A DNA stretch of 64,000 nt from a virus. The stretch lies in the IMG/VR virus record IMGVR_UViG_3300035703_000055, positions 15,094 to 79,093 of that record; one strand, 5' to 3'. Each line of letters begins with the position of its first letter. Positions within the stretch are counted from its first letter, which is position 1. The position numbers and the translations under genes are program-made. Shown here piece by piece: positions 36,927 to 45,700 of this stretch. The notes below the pieces were generated by a model. That model made no database searches and was not told where the DNA came from. It worked only from the letters and a program-made list of their open reading frames with translations.

Positions 36927-37883
36927 ATGGCAGCAATTACTTCAGCTGTAGTTGGCGCGGTAGGGGTGGCAAGCTCCATCTCTTCGTCGCGAAAGGCAGG
37001 CAAGGCGCAAGACCGCGCAATCGCGGCATCAGAGAGCGCCGCAGCAGAGCAGAACGCGCTGAGTCGCGATCAATTTGACTGGAACAAGGAAATCTACGAG
37101 CGCGACACTGCACCCATGCAGCGCCGGCAGATGGAGATGCAGACCAAAATCTCCGAGGACGCACTCGCTCGAGCTGCCAAGCAAGACAAGCTGGCCGACG
37201 AGCAGAAGGCCTACTACGACGAGACGTTCAAGCCCATCGAGAAGAAGGTTGCCTCTGAGGCAATGGAGTACGACTCCGACGCCAACGTCAATAGGCGCTC
37301 GGGCATAGCTGCGGCCAACGTCAACCAGCAGTTCAGCAATGCACGCGGGCAAAGCGCTCGCTTGGCCGGCCGATATGGCCTTGGCTCCACGGCATTCTCC
37401 GGCCCCGCCGGTGCTGCTGAGCGAGCACAGGCTCTGGGTGCTGCTGGCGCATCCACAGGCGCTGCATTCGACACCATGGATAAAGGCATTCAGCTTCGCG
37501 CTGGTGCAGCAAACTTCGGCCGCAACATGCCGAACACCGCACTGACTGCCATGAACGGCGCGAACAGCTCGAGCGGCGTTGCAGGCGGCGCGGCCAACTC
37601 CGCGCTCAATGGAACTATTTCTGCAACCGCCGGCATGAACAACGCCTACGGCTCACGCATAAACACAATCGGCTCGTCGACGGGCATTCTCACATCGGCA
37701 CTGAACAACAGTGCGCGGTTTGCCAGCGCGGATGCGGCAGGTTGGGGTGGCTTTGCCGGCGGGATGCTTCAGCGCGGCCTGAGCGGCATTGAAAAGCAAG
37801 GCGGCTTTGGCGGCATGTTTGGCGGGTCGACCTTTCAGGCTGACCCTGGCGCGTACGCGTTTGGCTCACAGAGTTGGGAATAA
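36927..37883 (+). CDS. Internal virion/DNA ejection protein
   Basis: Gly/Ala-rich hydrophobic N-terminus plus coiled coil; after GNAT as in podoviruses. Confidence 0.7.
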   Translation: MAAITSAVVGAVGVASSISSSRKAGKAQDRAIAASESAAAEQNALSRDQFDWNKEIYERDTAPMQRRQMEMQTKISEDALARAAKQDKLADEQKAYYDETFKPIEKKVASEAMEYDSDANVNRRSGIAAANVNQQFSNARGQSARLAGRYGLGSTAFSGPAGAAERAQALGAAGASTGAAFDTMDKGIQLRAGAANFGRNMPNTALTAMNGANSSSGVAGGAANSALNGTISATAGMNNAYGSRINTIGSSTGILTSALNNSARFASADAAGWGGFAGGMLQRGLSGIEKQGGFGGMFGGSTFQADPGAYAFGSQSWE

Positions 37884-37886
37884 ATC

Positions 37887-39662
37887 ATGGCACTTGAATT
37901 TGGTGGATTGGGATCGGCGCTTTTCGCCGGCATGCGCGAGTTTGAGCGATCAGAAGACCGCGAGATTGCTCAGAAGGACCGAGAGGCCGCACGCAAAGAG
38001 CGCGAGGAAGATCGCGCTTACCAGCGCCAGCAGCGCGAGTACCAGGCCAGTCAGCAAAAGCGCACGCTCGCCGACCAGACTCGCGAAGATCAATTCCGAG
38101 ATGGGTTGGCCGGCGTGCGAACCATGGATCAGGTCAGCGAACCCGCGGTTGGGACAATCAACGGTAACGATGCTTTCGCCTTGCGCGATGACGAAGGCAA
38201 TCTGATGCCCGGCGCCGTCGAGACAAAGCCTGCGCAGACCGTTACGCGTCAGCGCAACCGGGATGACATCATGGCCGACTACGCCGAGATCGCTCGCAAG
38301 TCCGGCAAGATGGACCAGGCGCTCAAGTTCGATGAGCTGGCAGCCGCTGAGTCCATGAAGCGTGGCAAGGCCCTGTTTGCCCAGTGGAGCGCCGCAACCC
38401 CTGATAGCGGCAACCTCGAAGAGGCAATCAAACAGGCCACCCAGATCTACAACGGCGACCGCCTGCCGGGCCAAGTCCAGGGCTACAAGATGAACCCCGA
38501 CGGCAGTGCCGTGGTCAACATCAAAAACACCGCCACCGGCCAGGCTGTGCCGGTGACGTTCAAGAACGTCGCCGAGCTCAAGCAAGGCCTCGAGGGCTAT
38601 TACAGCCCTGAGACTTTGGATGCATACCGCAAGTCTTTGCGAGAGGCTGCGCTGAAGGCAAACGAACCCAAGGTCGTCAATCCTGGCGGCGCACTCGTTT
38701 CCGGCGGCAAAGAGGTCTACAAGAACACCACCGACCGCGTGCAGATCGGCGAAGACGCCGACGGTAACCCGATCTACGGCAAGCCAGCCACATCTGGCCG
38801 CGGCGCAGGCACTGGCTCCGGCAAGGCTCCCAAGGAGTCGATCGACGCTGCCACCGACTTGCTCAAGGACTTCATGGGCAAGGCCGACGGCTCGCCAGAG
38901 GGCGCCCAGCGCCAGGCTCGCGCTGTGAGCCTGCTGGATGGCATCTACTCCGGCAACCCTGGCGTCTCGCCTCGCACGGCCGCTGCAATCGCTGCAGACG
39001 CCTCTGCTGACCCGACTCGCGTCTCGCTGCAGATTGACAACCGCACCGGCCTGATTGGCAAGGTCTACAGCAACCCCGACCTGGACGGCGGCCGCCAGTA
39101 CAACCTGGCCCCGAACGGCGCTCAGGTTGCCGAGATGGAGAAGGCTGTTGGCAAGCAGGGCATGGTGCAGGCTGTCAACGGCATGATCGAGTCGATCGCT
39201 GCTGGCGCGCCCGAAGAAAATCGCGCTGCCGTTCGCGACCAGCTCATCGCCGTGGCTTCGAACCCAACTGCTCGTGCCGAATTCTTGGCTGCCGCAAAAG
39301 AAGCCGGCCGCGACACGCAAGCTCTGAACCGCCAGCTGGATCTGGTGAAGTCCTACGTGCCCGCGCCCAAGGTAAACACCAAGGCGTCAGCCGTACCGCA
39401 GCCAGGCGGCCTGCGCCAGCAAGCCGCTGACCCCACTTCGCCAGCTGGTCGCGCACAGGCACGTCAGGCTGAGTTGCGTGCAGAAGCCTCACGCAAGGAG
39501 CAGGAGCGGATGGCTGCACAGCAAGCCCTGTCCAAGCAGTTCCAGGCGGACAAGGCGACGCTTGACCCACTTGCACTCGCTCAGAAGTACGACCCATTGC
39601 GAGGTCGGCTGCCGATGGCTGATGCGGCTGAGCTGCAGCGCATCGAACGAAACATTCGCTGA
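37887..39662 (+). CDS. Internal virion/DNA ejection protein
   Basis: Helical charged N-terminus; position in ejection module. Confidence 0.65.
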   Translation: MALEFGGLGSALFAGMREFERSEDREIAQKDREAARKEREEDRAYQRQQREYQASQQKRTLADQTREDQFRDGLAGVRTMDQVSEPAVGTINGNDAFALRDDEGNLMPGAVETKPAQTVTRQRNRDDIMADYAEIARKSGKMDQALKFDELAAAESMKRGKALFAQWSAATPDSGNLEEAIKQATQIYNGDRLPGQVQGYKMNPDGSAVVNIKNTATGQAVPVTFKNVAELKQGLEGYYSPETLDAYRKSLREAALKANEPKVVNPGGALVSGGKEVYKNTTDRVQIGEDADGNPIYGKPATSGRGAGTGSGKAPKESIDAATDLLKDFMGKADGSPEGAQRQARAVSLLDGIYSGNPGVSPRTAAAIAADASADPTRVSLQIDNRTGLIGKVYSNPDLDGGRQYNLAPNGAQVAEMEKAVGKQGMVQAVNGMIESIAAGAPEENRAAVRDQLIAVASNPTARAEFLAAAKEAGRDTQALNRQLDLVKSYVPAPKVNTKASAVPQPGGLRQQAADPTSPAGRAQARQAELRAEASRKEQERMAAQQALSKQFQADKATLDPLALAQKYDPLRGRLPMADAAELQRIERNIR

Positions 39663-39700
39663 GCTAAAGACGGCGCACACGAACCAAAGAAATTCGACAC

Positions 39701-42700
39701 ATGGCACAACAAGACTTCTCTCTTCTCCTGAGCGCCCTGCCGGGCTCCGAGTCACCCGCTCCCGCTGCAAGCCAAGCGCCTGCGCGCAGTGGCGACAACG
39801 TCTCGAATTTCGTGGGCACCTACCTGCCCCTTGCTCAGCGAGTCTCAGAGAAGACAGGCGTCGCGCCTGAAGCCTTGCTTGGCCAGTGGGGCTTGGAGAC
39901 CGGCTGGGGCAAGAGCGTCATCCCGGGCACCAACAACCTGGGCAACATCAAAGACTTTTCCGGCAAGGGCCCGAAAGCCGTCGACAACATGACCAAGTCG
40001 ACTGACGCCTACCGCGCCTACGAAACGGTCGACGATTTTGGTGACGACTTCGCTGGCCTGCTGTCGCGCCGCTACCGCACCGCACTGAACGCCGGCGGCG
40101 ACACCCAGAAGTATTTCAACGAGCTCAAGCGCCTAGGCTACGCCGAAGACCCGAACTACGTGGCTTCTGGCGTCAAGGCCGCCAAGATGGTTTCCAATGT
40201 GCTGGGCACCAGTGCAGGCCAGGCTCCTTCATTCAGCAATGCGCGCCCACTGACGACCGACCGCAGCATGGGCGAGGCCCTGGCCGACAACCTGTTGGGC
40301 GCAGCATCTGGCGTGGTCACCGGCGCAAAGCTGCTGACCGACACTTTTGGTGCAGACAACCGCGTGTCGCAAGCCCTGGGCGACACCACCAAGGCGCTGA
40401 CCGACAGCCAGTCCCAATACCGCAAGGATCAACGCCAAGAGCGCGCCTTCGAAATCAAGAATGCCGAGGCGTCCGGCAGCACCTGGAACGAGATCGTTGC
40501 CAACATCGGCGGCTTCCTCGAGGCGCCTGTTGAGACCACGCTGAATGCCTTGGGCACCAGCGCCCCGACACTGCTGATGGCAGTCATCCCAGGCCTTGGA
40601 CAAGCTCAGGCCGCCCGGTTCATTCTGCAGGGCGCGGCCGGTGCTGCGCAGGGCGTGGGCGCCGCCAAGAGTGGCATCTACGACGCGGTGCGCAACGAGC
40701 TCGAGGCTACAGGCAAGTACACCGCCGATGAGGCCGCCAAGATCGCCGCCGGCGCGCAGGCGTACGACAGCGAGAACGCTGGCAACATCGCCATCAACGG
40801 CTTGCTTGGCCTGGTGGCTGGCACCTCCGGTATTGAATCGGTGGCGGGCCGCCTGGCTGGCCGCAAGGTTGGCCAAGAGACAGCTCGTGGCATTGCTGGC
40901 CGTGCCGGCATGGGTGTGGCCAAAGAATCGCCCGTCGAGGGCGCGCAAGGCGGCTTTGAGCGCTACACATCCAACGTCGCGCTGCAGAACGAAGGCTTCG
41001 ATGTTGACCCCATGCAGGGCGTCGCTGGCCAGGCTGCCGGCGAAGCGATTGCATCCGCTCCTGGTGGTGCCGCATTCGGCGCACTGGATCGCGGCGTCAC
41101 ACCTCCTCCCGCTCCCAACCCCCTGCAGTCCGTTGTTGACCAGGCGCAGAAGCCCGGCAGCGTGCTCTCGCGCGCCGTGGTGTCCACCGGCGTCACTGAT
41201 CAGCCAGTCGTTCCCGTTGAGAACACGATCGTTCCCGGCCAGGAAACAGTCGCCGGCGCACAAACCCAAATCGGGGTTGATCAAACCCAAATCGGGAACA
41301 CTTCCAATCCAACTGGCCCTGGCCCTTCCGCCGATCCGTTTGCCCGCAAGGCAGCCGAGCTCGAGCAAGTCATCCGCAGCCAGGACCTGATTCGCTCCAT
41401 CCGCACCGATGGCGCAGGCCTCAACGGCGTGATGTTCGACCTGCGCACCTTGCGCGACCCGAGCGCTCGCGAAGACATCAAGCAGGCCGCACAGCAGCGC
41501 ATCGAAGAAGAAATCACCTGGGCCCAGACCAACTACAGGCCCAAGCCTGAGATGGACACGGTGCAGGGCACGCCAGGCTTTGAGCCCATCGACCCAGCTC
41601 GCCAGCCCGAGCCTCGTGGCCAAGACGTCATGGGCCTGGACATCGTCCGCGCCACACTGCGTGACCCGCAAATCGGACCCAAGGTCAGCGACACCGATCG
41701 CCAGGAAATCCTGCGCTTCTCGGCTGACGCCCAGAACCCAGGCCTCCCGCTCCAGACACGCCAGCAAGCAGCTCAGCAAGCCATTGAGCTCGTCGGCCGC
41801 TATCGCGCTGCCATGGAGCCCCAGGTTCAGCCCGCAGCGGATTCCGCTTCGCCTGAAGAGCAACAAACTGTTGTCGATCAAACAGCGCCCGTTGCCGATG
41901 AAACAACAGCCCGCACACCCGCCGGCGCTGGCCCAGCCTTGTTCCGCCGCCGCGCCGAGACCATTGGCCAGCTCGTGGCCAACGGCTTTGAGACCGTGCA
42001 GCGCCGCCCAGACGGCTTCTTCCTGACCAACACCAAGACCGGTCAGGAATTCAAGCTGGACAGCATGGCCGACGCGCAGATCGCTCGCAATCAGATCCAG
42101 AAGGCTGTTGACGCCAAAGCCAACACCGCTGCCGCCAGCCCACTGAATGACCTGGCCGAGCCCACGCAAGCTCAGATCGAAGCCGGCAACTACAAGAAGT
42201 CGGACGTCATCGACCTGAACGGCATGAAGATCAAGATCGAGAACCCCAAGGGCTCGGTCCGTCGCGGCACGTCTCCTGACGGCGTCATGTGGGAGACCAA
42301 GATGGCTCACCACTATGGCGAGTTCCAGGGAACCGTCGGTGCTGATGGCGACAAGCTCGATGTGTTTGTGGGTCCACGCCCAGACGGCGACAAGGTCTAC
42401 GTCATCGACCAGGTCAACGAGGACGGCTCCTTCGACGAGCACAAAGTCATGATGGGCTTCACCTCGGAAGAGGCTGCCCGCGCCGGCTACCTGGCCAACT
42501 ACGAAAAAGGCTGGACCGGTCTGGGTGCCATCACCGAGATGCCGGTTGCCGACTTCAAAACCTGGGCCAAGTCACGCCAGGCCAAGAAGCCTGCAGCGAG
42601 CATGGCCAAGCCCGCCGCCGCTGCGCCTGTCGCCGAGACTGCGGCCGCGCCTGCAGCCACTCCTGCCGCCCCAAGCACTCAGGGCCAGTTCGCCACCGCG

Positions 42701-45700
42701 GACGAGGCCAAGGCCTACATCTCCCAACAGCGCCGCACAAACGGCAACGTCTCTGGCCTGCCGCTACAGATGGCTGACGGCACCTTTGGCATCGCCATCA
42801 AGGGCACGCCTCAGTACGCCGAGGCCGAGCGTCAACGTGACGAACGCGATGCCCAGGCAGCCAAGTCTCAGGGCGAGTTCTTCACCGTGCCCGATGGCGG
42901 CAAGCAGAAGAAGCTCAAGCGCGTCAAGAAGTCGGCCATGCCCAAGAAGGCCAGCCCGCGCCGCATGGGCGAGCCTCGCGCACTGACGCAAGACGAAGCC
43001 TCCATGATCGAGCAGGTCGCCGCAGTGCTGGGCAAGAACGTCGTGTTCTTCGAAGCCCAAGGCGATCGCATCGGCGACGGCTTCATCCTGCCGAATGACC
43101 CAAGCACGCTGTACGTGGCGACCGAGACCACAGTGAATCCTCTGGCCGTGTTTGGCCACGAGTTCTTCCACGGCCTGCGCGAGACCAACCCCGAGGCCTG
43201 GAACGCGATTGCAGCCGTTGTGCGCACCCGTGTGGCCGATCCCAAGGGCTTCCGCGAGGACTACTACCGCGGCGGCGACGACAGCCAGCTCAGCGAAGAG
43301 AAGGGTGGCGAGCTCGAGGAGCTGGTCTCCGATCTGGGCGGCAACCTGATGATGGACCCGACTTTCTGGCGCGACGTGTTCGCCAAGATCGGCGAGGACC
43401 ACGGCAAAGACGCCAAGGGCATCATCGCCCGCCTGGCCGCCGCCATCGAAAGCCTGATTGCTCGCGTGATGAAGGCCATGGCCCAGCCTGGCTTCCGCGC
43501 CAACGATTTTGTCAGCGACATCGAGTCCATCCGCAACGCCTACAAAGACGGCCTGGCCGACTTCATCAAGGCCGCCGGCGTCAACAAGGCCTCAATGGGT
43601 GCCGAGGTCGCCAAGGCCAAGCAGGGCCTGCTGAAGACGCCCGATCGCGCCGCACAGCCTGGCTCACTGACCGTTGAGGGCTACCACTTCAGCCAGCAGC
43701 CTCGCGCCGTGTTGACGACCGGCCTGTTTGGCACTGGCCTGAATGGCAGCGCTCGCGACGAAATCATGAACGCCGATGACCAGCGCCTGCGCCAGCGTCT
43801 GTCGTTCTACGTCAACAAAGGCACCGGCATCAACCCCGAGGCTGGTGTTGGCGCCTACGCCCACAAGGCAACGCTCACCAACATCTACGACAGCGACGCC
43901 GATCCACTGCGCCTGCGCACCGGTGATGCCCGCGCATTCGAGTCCAAGGTGCTCGACGCTGGCTTCAGCGGCTACCTGGCCCGAATGGACGGCACACAGT
44001 CCGGCAACGTAGTGCTGCTGGGCAACCAGACCGTCAAGCCCGAGTTGCTGGGCACCGGGCCCGTCAAGGGCGCCAAGGTTGTGCCAGCCCCGCAGCAGCG
44101 AGACCAGGACACTGCCGATCGCCTGATGGCCAGCAAGGATCTGCCGGCCGGCATGCTGAGCCCTCAGCGCTGGTCTGAAGTGCTCATAGCGCAAGACCCT
44201 GAGCTCGCCGCCCAGCTGCTGGACATCGGCGCATTCGAGGGCTCCAAGGGCATGTACAAGGACGAGCTCGCCGCCAAGGTGCGCTCGCTCGGCGGCCAGA
44301 TCCGCAAGTCGGCCGACCGCGCCAAGAGCGAATACGACGCCGTCGTCGCTCAGTACAAAGGCACCGATGCCTGGATGAAGGCGCCCAACGGCGAAGCCAC
44401 CAAGCTGTCCGAGCGTCAGTGGGTGCAGGTCCGCACGCCAAGCTTCAAGAAGTGGTTTGGCGACTGGGAAGCCGCACTCGCCAAAGGTGGCGTCTGGGCT
44501 GTCGAGGATGTGTCCAAGGCTGTTGGCGAGAACGGCGAACCCCTGGTCGTCTACCACGGCTCCGACAAGGGCGGCTTCACTGAGTTTGAGGCACCTGGCG
44601 GCAGCGGCCGAGGCGACCTCGGCATCTGGACCACGCCGGACTACGGCATGGCCAAGAGCTATGTGCGAAAGGGTCGCGCTCGCGACGTCGACCTCTCGAC
44701 GCCCAGCCAATCAGAGCTCGAGGATGCGGGCTACGAGTTTTTCGGCCTAACCGATGACGACACCGAGTCCCCTGGTCAGTACTACGACGAGCCAAATGGC
44801 GACAGAAACGGGCCATTTGAGACGGAGCAGGAGGCTGTCGCAGATGCGGCCACCTCGTTTGAGGGCGAGGCCGGCGTTCAGCCTGGCATCTATGCCCTGT
44901 TCATCAACATCCGCAACCCCAATGAGTCCAACTTTGAGGGCGCGATGTGGAACGGCGAGCGCATCGACCAGTTCCAGGTCCGCGACGAGAACGATGAGCC
45001 CGTCTATGACAAGGATGGCCGCGGGTACTTTGACCGCGACACCGCAGAAGCTCTCGTTGAAGCCAACCCTGGCGCAGAAATGCAGCCGGCTGATCCGAAC
45101 TTCGAGACCACAGACGACGTGGTTCGCGAAGCCCTTCGCAACGACAACGACGGCGCCATCATCCGCGAGGTGATCGACGACGGCGGTGGCCCAGGTTACT
45201 TCCTTGACCCGCAGGACATCTTTGTCGCCTTTGATCCCTCGCAGGTCAAGTCCGCCGACTACAACAACGGCGAGTTCAGCGACAGCACCGGCGATCTGCG
45301 CAAGTCGGCTGATCGCAAGTCACTCAAGCGCGAAGACCCGTTCGAGATGTCGACCCGAATCCCGACAGCCAAGGGTAAGGCTGTCGAGGATCACATGGGC
45401 GATTTGTTGATCTCCGACTTTGGGTCCGGCAAGAGCCAGGAGAGGTGGATCAACACCGTCTCGGGCATCGTCACGCAGTACCCAAACTACCGCGAAGCCG
45501 ACAGCGCGAAGACGCCAGAGAAGAAGCTTGAGCGCCTGATCCGCCAGATGACAGACAACCTGGTGTGGCTGCACAACCAGGTTCCGGCAAGCACACGCAA
45601 GCGCAGCAAGCTCTGGTACGACGGCGCCAACGCCATTGCCGAACGCATGGCCAAGCGCTACGGCATCACCGAGCCTCAGGCTGCCGGCATTCTTGCCGTT

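Noticed and set aside
40229-42442. 737-aa antisense ORF, and similar long ones at 37950-39320, 51656-53002, 54080-55255 and 58336-59595
   Set aside because: Reverse-frame shadows of GC-biased genes; no motifs or RBS
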